Shown piece by piece: positions 26,721-39,379 of a stretch of 64,000 bases of DNA. The notes below the pieces were generated by a model. The model was given only the letters and a program-made list of their open reading frames with translations, made no database searches and was not told where the DNA came from. Source of the stretch: Malacoraja senta (Eukaryota); NCBI GenBank assembly GCA_038087875.1, contig JAXLNO010000202.1:124001-188000 (forward strand), written 5' to 3'. Made by a program: the position numbers and the translations under genes. Position 1 is the stretch's first letter; each line of letters starts with the position of its first letter.

Positions 26721-28869
26721 TTCCTTCCTTTTATCATATATGATAAACCACCATTTATGATAACCAAATAATCAGATAATCAGATAACCAGATATACATA
26801 TGTGAGTCTATTATATTCTCCATCTATTCACAACAACAAGACGATGATGTTTCTTCCCAGTATCTTATCAAGCTTCCCGAGTTTTCGTGGGCATAACTTC
26901 CCAATTTCCGTCTGATGAGTCTTCACCTCCCAAGTTTTCGTGGGCGTGAATTCCCTCCATCCATGTTGTTGCCCATTCTTCCATCCCTTTCCATAGTTGG
27001 ACCTATAACCTATAATTCCAGAAAAACCTGGGACAAAGCAAGTTACCATTCATGTACTAATGCTTTCTCATACATTCCACTGTAATTCTGTTCGGTCAAT
27101 ACTATCACTTTTCCATTTCACTATAACTATCTCTATTATATTCTGCTCTATAATATACTCTTTACTATCCTAGGATCAACACTAATCAGCCCTCTCCGTA
27201 TTCACATGATGTTCCTTAATGTATATCTGATTATGGTTTCTCATATAAATTTCAGCTGGGCTCAGTCCAGATTTCCCTACAGGCGCGACTCTTATTTAAA
27301 GCAAACCATGAAGAATGTTTCAATTTAACCAAATTCAGTCTCAGCCTTCAATTTAATATTTTAAATTTCAGGGTCTGTCTCACCCTTCTCATTCCACAGT
27401 TTGTGGTCGATAACACAACTTCATTCCAATTCCTGTGGAAGTCCCAGCTGTTCAAATTTAATCAATCAATTTCCATATGTGATCAATTTTATCATAAAGC
27501 CAATTAAGAATGCCGAATCTATGGACAATTTCTTTCCACCTTGATAATAGAAGCCGCTTTACTATCAAGGGTTAAACAATTTAGATCCACCGGTCAAATA
27601 CATCGACTCTCATATCTCAACTCCCATTTCTTTATTCCTCCACCTAATTCAAAAGACTTCTCCAGTACTTCTTCTTTAGCATGTTGGCTCGGCTCTCAGT
27701 CCATAGTGGTTCTTTCTCATAACTAATTTCCTTTTACCTCTAAGTAACTCTTTCTAGTGTACTAACTCTGGTCTCTTAAAGGGAAGTCTTGCTGTTCACA
27801 GTTCCTCTTTTTTACTATCTCCAATTCCAACTTTCATGTTCCCTGAATAATTCTTCCATGTTACCAGAACTTCCCAAGTTCCATCCTTTCCTGATGTTCT
27901 CTGAATAATCCTTCCCATCTTTGACTGCCTGTCTGGGGATGAGACAATAACAATACCCAATTAATAATCAAACTTCAAGTACTCCTAAGCCAAATCTCAC
28001 AAGTCAGTTCCAAATCTCAAACTCTAAAGTTCCTCCAATTCATCACTGTACAATTAAGAGACCAAATTCAAAATGTTATCAATTTATTTCCAATAACTAT
28101 AATTTAGGCGCAAAGTAGGTGTTTTGCCCCAAACCACAGAGGAGTGTCTATTTTCAAATTCAAATTCAATTCTTCAAATTAGAACTTGCACCAATAGTCA
28201 TCATAGGTTGTCTGTATCTTTTTGAAAAGGTTGGATGGTGTTATTTTCGTTTCCTTCACTGGTGTCAAAAGCTAGATGATGTTAAAGTTGGGCACTAGAT
28301 AGATAGATAGATAGATATTTATAGATACTTATTTGTTGTCATTTGAACCTAAGTTCAAACGAAATTCTGTTTCTGCAGTCATACAAATCTCTATCCCTGA
28401 TTTCCCTTGTTATCCACGGATGCGCTACCTTCCCTGATTTATTCTTTTGCCAAACTGGGATGAACAATTGTTGTAGTTCATCCAACAATTGGTTGGATGA
28501 ACAAGAAGGTATTTTCTTCTTCTTCTTCTTCTTCCTTGATGTAAGTTTCAAAGGAGTAGGGATACTAAGGAGCAGCCTTCTCAGATTTGTCTTAAAGGGA
28601 CAGGACAGTATAATTTCCTCGTTGTTGGTTCCTGTTTCTGGGGAGATACCTTACCTGAGCTGTGTCTTCTGCCCGTTCTCAAGGGGTCTGTATATTCTTT
28701 ACCTCACTCCACAGATAGTATGTTGTAGAGTATACTGTCCTGCAGGCACAAACTTAGTAACAAGTTAGTACAATAGCTCCGTTCCCCACTCCCGTACCTC
28801 CTGCACAATACGTTTGTTCTCTCCCTAGTGCCAGCTTAGTTCTCTTTAGTTCTTATTCTCACTCACTCA

Positions 28870-31800
28870 ATCCACATATAGATTGGGTGAATCAAATTGG
28901 CAGCGGTGCTGAGGAAGAGGATTTCTTGGAATGTATGCGGGATAGTTTTCTAAACCAACATGTAGAGGAACCAACGAGAGAACAGGCTATTCTAGACTGG
29001 GTATTGAGTAATGAGGAAGGGTTGGTTAGCAGTCTTGTTGTGCGTGGCCCCTTGGGCAAGAGTGACCATAATATGGTTGAGTTCTTCATTAGGATGGAGA
29101 GTGACATTGTTAATTCAGAAACAAGGGTTCTGAACTTAAAGAAGGGTAACTTTGAGGGTATGAGACGTGAATTGGCCAAGATAGACTGGCAAGTGATTCT
29201 TAAAGGGTTGACGGTGGATATGCAATGGAAGGCATTTAAAGACTGCATGGATGAACTACAACAATTGTTCATCCCAGTTTGGCAAAAGAATAAATCAGGG
29301 AAGGTAGCGCATCCGTGGATAACAAGGGAAATCAGGGATAGTATCAAAACAAAAGATGAAGCATACAAATTAACCAGAAAAAGCAGCCTACCAGAGGACT
29401 GGGGGGAATTCAGAGTCCAGCAGAGGAGGACAAAGGGCTTAATTAGGAAAGGGAAAATAGATTATGAAAAAAAACTGGCAGTGAACATAAAAACTGACTG
29501 CAAACATTTTATAGATATGTGAAGAGAAAAAGATTAGTTAAAACAAATGTAGGTCCCTTGCAGTCAGAAACTGGTGAATTGATCATGGGGAACAAGGATA
29601 TGGCAGACCAATTGAATAACTACTTTGGTTCTGTCTTCACTAAGGAAGACATAAATAATCTGCCGGAAATAGCAGGGGACCAGGGGTCAAATGAGATGGA
29701 GGAACTGAGTGAAATCCCGGTTAGACAGGAAGTGATGTTAGGTAAATTGAATGGATTAAAGGCCGATAAATCCCCAGGGCCAGACAGGCTGCATCCCAGA
29801 GTACTTAAGGAAGTAGCCCCAGAAATAGTGGATGCATTAGTGATAATTTTTCAGAACTCTTTAGATTCTGGAGTAGTTCCTGAGGATTGGAGGGTAGCAA
29901 ACGTAACCCCACTTTTTAAAAATGGAGGGAGAGAGAAAACGGGGAATTACAGACCAGTTAGTCTAACATCGGTAGTGGGGGAACTGCTAGAGTCAGTTAT
30001 TAAAGATGGGATAGCAGCACATTTGGAAAGTGGTGAAATCATTGGACAAAGTCAGCATGGATTTATGAAAGGTAAATCATGTCTGACGAATCTTATAGAA
30101 TTTTTCGAGGATGTAACTAGTAGAGTGGATTGGGGAGAACCAGTGGATGTGTTATATCTGGACTTTCAGAAGGCTTTCGACAAGGTCCCACATAAGAGAT
30201 TAGTTTGCAAACTTAAAGCACACGGTATTGGGGGTTCAGTATTGATAGAGAACTGGCTGGCAGATAGGAAGCAATGAGTTGTCTATATGGACTTCAGTAA
30301 GGCCTTTGACAAGGTTCCTCATGGAAGGTTGGTTAAGAAGATTCAATTGTTGGGTATTAATGGTGGAGTAGCAAGATGGATTCAACAGTGGCTGAATGGG
30401 AGATGCCAGTGAGTAATGGTGGAAGGCTGTTTGTCAGGTTGGAGGCCGGTGACTAGTGGGGTGCCTCAGGGGTCTGTGTTAGGTCCACTGTTGTTTGTCA
30501 TGTACATCAATGATCTGGATGATGGTGTGGAAAATTGGATTAGTAAATATGCAGATGATACTAAGATAGGTGGTGTTGTGGATAATGAAGTAGATTTTCA
30601 AAGTCTACAGAGAGATTTAGGCCATTTGGAAGAGTGAGCTGAAAGATGGCAGATGGAGTTTAATGCTGATAAATGTGAGGTGCTACATCTCGGCAGGACA
30701 AATCAAAATAGGACGTACATGGTAAATGGTAGCAAATTGAGGAATGCAGTTGAACAGAGGGATCTAGGAATAACTGTGCATAGTTCCCTGAAGGTGGAAT
30801 CTCATGTAGATAGGGTGGTAAAGAAAGCTTTTGGTGTGCTGGCCTTTATAAATCAGAGCATTGAATATAGAAGTTGTGATATAATGTTAAAATTGTACAA
30901 GGCATTGGTGAGGCCAATTCTGGAGTATGGAGTACAATTTTGGTCGCCTAATTATAGGAAAGATGTCAACAAAATAGAGAGAGTACAGAGGAAATTTACT
31001 AGAATGTTGCCTGGGTTTCAGCAACTAAGTTACAGAGAAAGATTGAACAAATTAGGTCTTTATTCTTTGGAGCGCAGAAGGTTAAGGGGGGACTTGATAG
31101 AGGTCTTTAAAATTATGAGCGGGTTAGACAGAGTGGACGTGGATAAGCTTTTCCCATTGAGAGTAGAGAAGATTCAAACAAGGGGACATGACTTGAGAAT
31201 GAAGGGACAGACGTTTAGGGGTAACATTAGGGGGAACTTCTTTACTCAGAGAGTTGTAGCTGTGTGGACTGAGCTTCTAGTGGAAGTGGTAGAGGCAGGT
31301 TCGATTTTATCCTTTAAAAATAGATTGGATGGGTACATGGACAGGAAGGAATGGAGAGTTATGGTCTGAGTGCAGGTAGATGGGACTAGGGGGAAGTAAG
31401 AAGAAAGTAGGGGTGAAAAAAAGTTCCACTTCCAGACAGGAAGCAAAGAGTAGGAGTAAACGGGTCCTTTTCAGAATGGCAGGCAGTGACTAGTGGGGTA
31501 CCGCAAGGCTCAGTGCTGGGACCCCAGCTATTTACAATATATATTAATAATTTGGACGAGGGAATTGAATGCAACATCTCCAAGTTTGCAGATGACACAA
31601 AACTGGGGGGCAGTGTTAGCTGTGAGGAGGATGCTAGGAGGCTGCAAGGTGACTTGGATAGGTTGGGTGAGTGGGCAAATGCATGGCAGATGCAGTATAA
31701 TGTGGATAAATGTGAGGTTATCCACTTTGGTGGCAAGAATAGGAAAGCAGACTATTATCTAAATAGTGGCCGATTAGGAAAAGGGGAGATGCAACGAGAC

Positions 31801-32350
31801 CTGGGTGTCATGGTACACCAGTCATTGAAAGTAGGCATGCAGGTGGTATGTTAGCATTCATAGCAAAAGGATTTGAGTATAGGAGCAGGGAGGTTCTACT
31901 GCAGTTGTACAGGGCCTTGGTGAGACCACACCTGGAGTATTGCGTACAGTTTTGGTCTCCTAATCTGAGGAAAGACATTCTTGCCATTGAGGGAGTACAG
32001 AGAAGGTTCACCAGACTGATTCCTGGGATGGCAGGACTTTCATATGAAGAAAGACTGGATAGACTCGGCTTGTACTCGCTAGAATTTCGAAGATTGAGCG
32101 GGGATCTTATAGAAACTTACAAAATTCTTAAGGGGTTGGACAGGCTAGATGCAGGAAGATTGTTCCCGATGTTTTTAAGAGGGAGTTAGATGTGGCCTTG
32201 TGGCTAAAGGGATCAGGGGGTATGGAGAGAAGGCAGGTACGGGATACTGAGTTGGATGATCAGCCATGATCATATTGAATGGCGGTGCAGGCTCGAAGGG
32301 CCGAATGGCCTACTCCTGCACCTATTTTCTATGTTTCTATGTTTCTATGA
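28870..32350 (+). mobile_element. CR1 LINE nested in the ERV, itself containing another CR1 subfamily copy (about 30278-31425)
   Basis: ORF2 fragments; the RT resumes at about 31430 after the nested element's A-rich tail. Confidence 0.85.
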
Positions 32351-33247
32351 TTCAGACATTTTCACACAGGCATGGCCTCTAACCATCCTAGGTATTACCT
32401 CTTCAAAAGGACTTCCTTTGCACCTGCTTGGCACCGGGTGTCAGCGCCTGGCTTTTTCGCGCTGGCAGTCGATGCCGATTTTTGGAATGCACCTTTCCAA
32501 TTAGCGCTCCCATCAATGACAGGTCAAATGCTTCACTGCTTAGAACGTAAACCAGACTTGTATTTCAATACCCCACCAATCGGATACCAAATCTGGGACA
32601 GGATGCGCCTTTGGCTCTCGTGAAGCAGCTACAATCTGCCAACTACGACCAAGTCTTGGGCCTCTAACCCCACCCTGGTTTTATGGGCCTCTAACCCAAA
32701 GGAGTGCTATCCACCCCCACCCCCCCCCCCCCCGTGCTTGCTAGACTCTGTTCTACGATCTCCTTGGGACCCTTTCCGACAGTGTGAATAGACATTTGAC
32801 AATAGGTGCAGGAGTAGGCCATTCAGCCCTTCGAGCCAGCACCCGCCATTCAATGTGATCGTGGCTGATCATCCACAATCAGTACCCCGTTCCTGCCTTC
32901 TCCCCATATCCCCTGACTCCTCTATTTTTAAGAGCCCTATCTAGCTCTCTCTTGAAACCATCCAGAGAATCGGCCTCCACCGCCCTCTGAGGCAGAGAAT
33001 TCCACACTCACCATTCTCTGTGAGAAAAAGTGTTTGCTCGTCTCCGTTCTAAATGGCTTACTCCTTATTCTTGAAGCTTACTCCTTATTCTTAGTCCGTG
33101 AAAAAAGTCTGTGAATGATCGTTCTGCTCCGACTAGCGAAGTGCTGAAATCCAATGTGAAAACCGGACAGTGACGCCGATTTCTGCACTCGCAATCGAAA
33201 CAGCTCAACACCCTTAATCGCAAACTTGTTTTGGGGGGTCCGTTGAG

Positions 33248-33265
33248 ATCCCGGACGAGCCCCCA
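33248..33265 (-). promoter_or_regulatory. Primer binding site complementary to tRNA-Pro
   Basis: Minus strand reads TGGGGGCTCGTCCGGGAT, the 18-nt MLV-type PBS(Pro), 2 nt after the 5' LTR. Confidence 0.92.
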
Positions 33266-33267
33266 AC

Positions 33268-34031
33268 TATAAATAGCTCATTCTATGCTTGCCCCCAGTC
33301 TAGTTTCAGTCAATAAAATACTGAGTCAAGCACTTGCGCATCTAAACTTTATTTTGGAAAAACACATTAACAGTTCCCCACTACTATAATTAACCACTGT
33401 GGGTTTGATCCTTGTATCTGCCTGGCCAAGCCCTCCTAGCCTCGTGCAAGCAGAGACACTCCAAAAGGTCACGCAGTCCCAAGCGTTCTTCCAGAAGATC
33501 GACACAGGACCTTGTGGGAGATACCTTTTATAGGTCCCCAAACCTTGAGGGGCCGAACCATATAGGGGTGGTCTCTATACAGTCCAATAACAGATATCGA
33601 TTAACACAGTACATGATAGACATTTCCCTAACCCAATAATACTGTAACCAATATATTGTATTCAAACGGAGCTTCTGGAAGGAAACAAACATAGCAACAT
33701 TTGCCCAGATATTCAAGAAACCCAGACAAGGCTCAACACTTAACCCAATCAACATCTAGCAAAGTAAAGCTTTGCAACAAATTTTACAATGTGTATGTCT
33801 GGTTTGCATTCACCCAATCTGTTTCATGCAATTTACACCGAATTATCAGAATCTGCAGATGTTCCATTCTCTTCCTGCAACTCTTATCTAGGCTCTAGAC
33901 AAACTGGCACCATTCAGCAGCTTGTCCCATTTCTGCAGAAGGCACATTTAAATTGAACAAATGGCCTAGCTGCCCAGAACCTTTCACTCAATTTTAGTGT
34001 CCTGGCATCACCAATTTGGCCAGAATTAACA
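33268..34031 (-). mobile_element. ERV 5' LTR (about 764 bp)
   Basis: Starts TG on the minus strand; TATAAAAG and AATAAA in U3-R-U5 order; followed by the PBS. Confidence 0.88.
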
Positions 34032-35352
34032 ACTACAGGAGCAAAAAGGTCCTTCTGCAGTTGTACAGGGCCCTAGTGAGACCTCACCTGGAGTATTTGA
34101 GGAAGGACATTCTTGGTATTGAGGTTGGCATGATTGTCATATGTTGACAGAATGGAGTGGCTGGGCTTGTACACTCTGGAATTTAGAAGGATGAGAGGGC
34201 ATCATATTGAAACATATAAGATTATTAAGGGTTTGGACACGCTAGAAGCAGGAAATAGAATCTGGGGCCACAGATTCAATAAGGGGTAAGCCATTTAGAA
34301 CGGAGATGAGGAAAAGCTTTTTCACCCAGAGAGTTGTGAATCTGTGGAATTCTCTGACTCAGAAGGCGGTGGAAGCCAATTCTCTGGATGCTTTCAAGAG
34401 AGACTTAGATAGAGCTCTTAAAGATAGCGGAGTCAAGGGATATGAGGAGAAGGCAGGAACGGGGTACTGATTGTGGATGATCAGCCATGATCACAGTTAA
34501 TGGCGGTGCTGGCTCAAAGGGCCAGATGGCCTCCTCCAGCACCTATTGTCTATTATCTGTTCCTGTGCTGTATTGTTCTATGTTCTATGATGAGCATTCA
34601 CACTCGTATAACTTGTCGTGCTATCCTCATGCACTCCACTCCATTCCCTCCGCAGATGCTGCCCTCTAGCACTTTGTGTTTTTCTGAAGATTCCAGCCGC
34701 TGCAGTTCCTTGTGCCTCTGCTCCCGTCCTTGCCATCCCTTGCCATTCTCAGCATCCTTCCATCCATCCTTCTTGTTGCTGTGTGAGTGCCACTTCAGAG
34801 TCATAGAGTGATCCAGCGTGGAAACAGGTCCCTTCAGCCCAACCTGCCCACACCGGCCAACATACCTCATCTGCACTAGTCCCAGCTGCCTGCATTTGGT
34901 CCATATCCCTCTAAACCTGTCCTATCCATGTACCTGTATAATTGTTTCTTAAACGTTGGGATAGTCCCAGCCTAACTACCTCCTCCGGCAGCTCGTTCCA
35001 TACACCCACCACCTTTTTGTGAAAATGTTACCCCACAGATTCCTATTAAATCTTTTCCCCTTCACCTTAAACCTATGTCCTCTGGTCCTCGATTCCCCTA
35101 CTCTGGGCAACAGACTCTGTGCATCTACCCGATCTATTCCTCTCATGATTTTATACACCTCTATAAGATCTCCCCTCATCCTCCTGCGCTCCACGTAATA
35201 GAGACCCAGCTTATTCAACCTCTCCCTATAGCTCAGGCCCTCAAGTCCTGGCAACATCCTTGTAAATCTTCTCTATACCTTTTCCAGCTTGACAACATCT
35301 TTCCTATAGCATGGTGCTCAGAACTGAACTATTTATCCTTCTTTGTTTGAAG

Positions 35353-35615
35353 GTACAACGACCCATCCGACTGGCAAGTGTTCATGGGATCGGTGGAAGT
35401 GGGGAAGGGTACCAGACGAGACATCAGACGAATCATTATCCACCCCAGATACGCAGTGAACACCCCAAACGACTATGATGTTGCAGTCCTGGAACTGTCC
35501 AGCCCACTCGAATTCTCCAACGTCATCCAACCGATCTGCCTCCCGTCCAGTCAGCAAGTGTTCCCCACAGGCCAGCAGTGCTACATCACAGGATGGGGCG
35601 CTCTCACTTACCAAG
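35353..35615 (+). CDS. Serine protease copy A, catalytic Asp exon (YNDPSDWQVFMG...HPRYAVNTPNDYDVAVLEL...QPICLP...CYITGWGALTYQ)
   Basis: DYDVAVL, PICLP and ITGWG motifs; tttgaAG and GTacgg sites, 263 bp, phase 2-1. Confidence 0.95.
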
Positions 35616-35637
35616 GTACGGACTACTGTCGATGAAT

Positions 35638-36226
35638 AGGAGCAAAGAGGTCCTTCTGCAGTTGTACAGAGCCCTAGTGAGACCACACCTGGAGTATTGG
35701 GTGCAGTTTGGTCCCCTAATTTGAGGAAGGACATTCTTGCTATTGAGGCAGTGCAGCGTAGGTTTACAAGGTTAATTCCCGGGATGGCGGGACTGTCATA
35801 TGCTGAGAGAATGAAGCAGCTGGGCTTGTACACTCTGGAGTTTAGAAGGATGAGAGGATATCTTATTGAAACATATGAGATTATTAAGGGTTTGCACACG
35901 CTAGAGGCAGGAAACATGTTCCCAATGTTGGGGGAGTCCAGAACCAGGGGCCACAGTTTAAGAATAAGGGGTAAGCCATTTAGAACAGAGATCTTTTTCT
36001 CACAGAGAGTTGTGAATCTGTGGAATTCGGTGGAGGGCGGTGGAGGCCGGTTCTCTGGATACTTTCAAGAGAGAGCTAGATAGGGCTCTTAAAGATAGCG
36101 GAGTCAGGGGATATGGGGAGAAGGCAGGAACGGGGTACTGATTGTGGATGATCAGCCATGATCATATTGAATGGCGGTGCTAGCTCGAAGGGCTGAATGG
36201 CCTACACCTGCGTCTACTGTCTATTG
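35638..36226 (+). mobile_element. 5'-truncated CR1 just after the Asp exon donor
   Basis: ORF2 C-terminus plus tail; TGAATAGG on both flanks (possible TSD). Confidence 0.8.
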
Positions 36227-36627
36227 AATAGGCAGCATCCCCACCAAGCTCACCCAAAACAACACCTAATGAGACAAAAGAAGAATTTAGAAATTAGGAG
36301 AAAGTTTAATTTAGTTTAGAGATACAGCACGGAAACAGGCCCTTCGGCCCACCAAGTCTGCACCGACCAGCGATCCCCACACACAACACAATGCTACACA
36401 CTCTAGCGACAAACTTTTAACAATTATTTTTACCAAAGTCAATCACCCGACAAACCTGTATGTCTTTGGTGTGTGGGAGGAAACCGAAGCACCCGGAGAA
36501 AACCCACGTGGTCACAGGGAGAACGTACAAACTTCGTACAGACAGCACCCGTAGTCAGGATGGAACCCGGGTCTCTGGTGCTGTGAGGCAGCAACTCTAC
36601 CGCTGCACCACCGCGAAGCCCTGTTTT

Positions 36628-37375
36628 CCAGAGATGCTGCCTGACCCGCTGAGTTACTCCAGCACTCTGTGAAACGTCACCTATCCATGTTCTCCACAGA
36701 TGCTGCCTGACCCGCTGAGTTACTCCAGCACTCTATGAAACGTCACCTATCCAGGTTCTGGCAGCATCTATAGAGCGAAGGAAATAGGCAACGTTTCGGC
36801 CCGAAACCCTTCCGGGTTTCGGCCCAAAACATTGCCTATTTCCTTCAGGGTTTCGGCCCGAAAGGTTGCCCATTTCCTTCGCTCCACAGATGCTGCCTGA
36901 CCCGCTGAGTTACTCCAGCACTCTGTGAGACGTCACCTATCCATGTTCTCCACAGATGCTGCCTGACCCGCTGAGTTACTCCAGCACTCTGTGAAACGTC
37001 ACCTATCCATGTTCTCCACAGATGCTGCCTGACCCGCTGAGTTACTCCAGCACTCTGTGAAACGTCACCTATCCATGTTCCGGCAGCATCTATAGAGCGA
37101 AGGAAATAGGCAACGTTTCGGCCCGAAACCCTTCCGGGTTTCGGCCCAAAACATTGCCTATTTCCTTCAGGGTTTCGGCCCGAAAGGTTGCCCATTTCCT
37201 TCGCTCCACAGATGCTGCCTGACCCGCTGAGTTACTCCAGCACTCTGTGAGACGTCACCTATCCATGTTCTCTACAGATGCTGCCTGACCCGCTGAGTTA
37301 CTCCAGCACTCTGTGAAACGTCACCTATCCATGTTCTCCACAGATGCTGCCTGACCCACTGAGTTACTCCAGCAC
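36628..37375 (+). repeat. 66-bp tandem array derived from the Penelope-like terminal repeat, with a twice-repeated palindromic insert
   Basis: Unit GATGCTGCCTGACCCGCTGAGTTACTCCAGCACTCTGTGAAACGTCACCTATCCATGTTCTCCACA; also at about 50965-51222 and 61920-62177. Confidence 0.85.
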
Positions 37376-37464
37376 TGTGTGTATAACACAGGTAATACCT
37401 TTATCCAATGTACTGCTGCACCTCAGTGATGTGACGGCTTTAGTGTTTAAATTGTTTTTTCCAG

Positions 37465-37601
37465 GATCCGTTCCCAACATCCTACAAGAAGCAGAAGTGT
37501 TGATTATTGGTGACCAAACGTGCAGGAATATCTACAGATCCGATATCACTCCGAGAATGCTGTGTGCTGGTGTATTAACAGGAGGAGTAGATTCATGTCA
37601 G
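37465..37601 (+). CDS. Serine protease copy A, S1 pocket exon (GSVPNILQEAEVLIIGDQTCRNIYRSDITPRMLCAGVLTGGVDSCQ)
   Basis: ttttttccAG and GTactg sites, 137 bp, phase 1-0; Asp189 in GGVDSCQ indicates trypsin-like specificity. Confidence 0.95.
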
Positions 37602-38059
37602 GTACTGTCTCACCATTGTATTCACATTTACCGAGGATAAATGATGTAGATTCTGTGTTCATTAATGGCGGCATTGAGTGACTTCAGCGAGTAGCTTTAG
37701 TATAGAGATACATCTTGGAAACAGGCCCTTTGGCCCACTGAGTACGTGCCTGCGTGGATTTTCTCCGGGTGCTCCGGTTTTCTCCCACATGCCAAAGATA
37801 TGCAGGTTTGTACGTTAATTGACTTCAGTAAGTTGTAAATTGTCCCTAGTGTGTGTGGGATAGTATTAGTGTGCAGGGATCGCTGGTCGGTGCGGACATG
37901 GAGGGGCCCATGGGCCTGTTTCAACGCTGTATCTCTAAAGTCTAAATATGGCATATATACTGTATTTATATTCAACAAACATAACGAACGGTCAAGGACA
38001 TACAGAAGTTGCAGATGAGGTGTACTGGAATTAAAGCCGAGATGAGGGGTTTATTTAAC

Positions 38060-39290
38060 GGTGGGGGTGGGGTTGGTATCAGGTGGGTGGGGTGGGGGGA
38101 GGGTGGTGGGGGTGGGGTTGGTGGGGGTGGGTGGGGTGGGGTTGGTATCAGGTGGGTGGGATGGGGTGGGGTTGGTGGGGGTGGGTGGGGTGAGGTTGGT
38201 ATCGGGTGGGTGGGGAGGGGTTGGTATCGGGTGGGTGGGGTTGGTGGGGGTTGGTATTGGGTGGGTGGGGTGGGGGGAGGGTGTTGGAGGTGGGGTTGGT
38301 GGGCGGTGGGAGGGAGGGGTTGGTATCGGGTGGGTGGGGTGGGGGGGGTTGGTATTGGGTGGGTGGGGGTGGGGGGAGGGTGGTGGGGGTGGGTTGGTGG
38401 GGGTGGGTGGGGTGGGGTTGGTATCGGGTGGGTAGGGTGGGGGGAGGGTGGTGGGGGGTGGGGTTGGTGGGGGTGGGTGGGGTGGGGTTGGTATCAGGTG
38501 GGTGGTGGAGGTGGGGTTGGTGGCGGTGGGAGGGAGGGGTTGGTATCGGGTGGGTGGGGTGGGGTTGGTATCGGGTGGATGGGGTTGGTGGGGGTTGGTA
38601 TTGGGTGGGTGGGGGTGGGGGGAGGGTGGTGGGGGTGGGGTTGGTGGGCGGTGGGAGGGAGGGGTTGGTATCGGGTGGGGTGGGGTGGGGGGGGTTGGTA
38701 TTGGGTGGGTGGGGGTGGGGGGAGGGTGGTGGGGGTGGGGTTGGTGGGCGGTGGGAGGGAGGGGTTGGTATCGGGTGGGTGGGGTTGGTGGGGGTTGGTA
38801 TTGGGTGGGTGGGGGTGGGGGGAGGGTGGTGGAGGTGGGGTTGGTGGGCGGTGGGAGGGAGGGGTTGGTATCGGGTGGGTGGGGTGGGGGGGGTTGGTAT
38901 TGGGTGGGTGGGGGTGGGGGGAGGGTGGTGGGGGTGGGGTTGGTGGGCGGTGGGAGGGAGGGGTTGGTATCGGGTGGGTGGGGTGGGGGGGGTTGGTATT
39001 GGGTGGGTGGGGGTGGGGGGAGGGTGGTGGGGGTGGGGTTGGTGGGCGGTGGGAGGGAGGGGTTGGTATCGGGTGGGTGGGGTTGGTGGGGGTTGGTATT
39101 GGGTGGGTGGGGGTGGGGGGAGGGTGGTGGAGGTGGGGTTGGTGGGCGGTGGGAGGGAGGGGTTGGTATCGGGTGGGTGGGGTGGGGGGGGTTGGTATTG
39201 GGTGGGTGGGGGTGGGGGGAGGGTGGTGGGGGTGGGGTTGGTGGGCGGTGGGAGGGAGGGGTTGGTATCGGGTGGGTGGGGTGGGGGGGC
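38060..39290 (+). repeat. G-rich minisatellite (GGGGTTGGTATCGGGTGGGT-based higher-order units)
   Basis: Direct inspection. Confidence 0.95.
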
Positions 39291-39379
39291 TGTGATGGTT
39301 CTGTCCTCGACACTAGAGCTGCGAGATCAAGCTCAATCATGATGGGGCCACAGCAACGGTTTCCAAAGCCAAAGGATGA

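Larger units (their letters stand above)
25362..34031 (-). mobile_element. Degraded endogenous retrovirus (class I-like provirus) with both LTRs
   Basis: Paired LTRs, ACTA target duplication on both sides splitting a host CR1, PBS-Pro, PPT, integrase remnant RVAPVGKSGLSPAEI near 27250-27295. Confidence 0.88.
22480..34555 (+). mobile_element. CR1 LINE (host of the ERV), split into about 22480-25361 and 34032-34555, with an inverted CR1 nested at about 24330-25065
   Basis: Endonuclease to RT to 3' tail are collinear across the insertions. Confidence 0.85.

Noticed and set aside
36628..37375. CRISPR-like repeat array
   Set aside because: Eukaryotic context, head-to-tail units with no unique spacers, no cas genes
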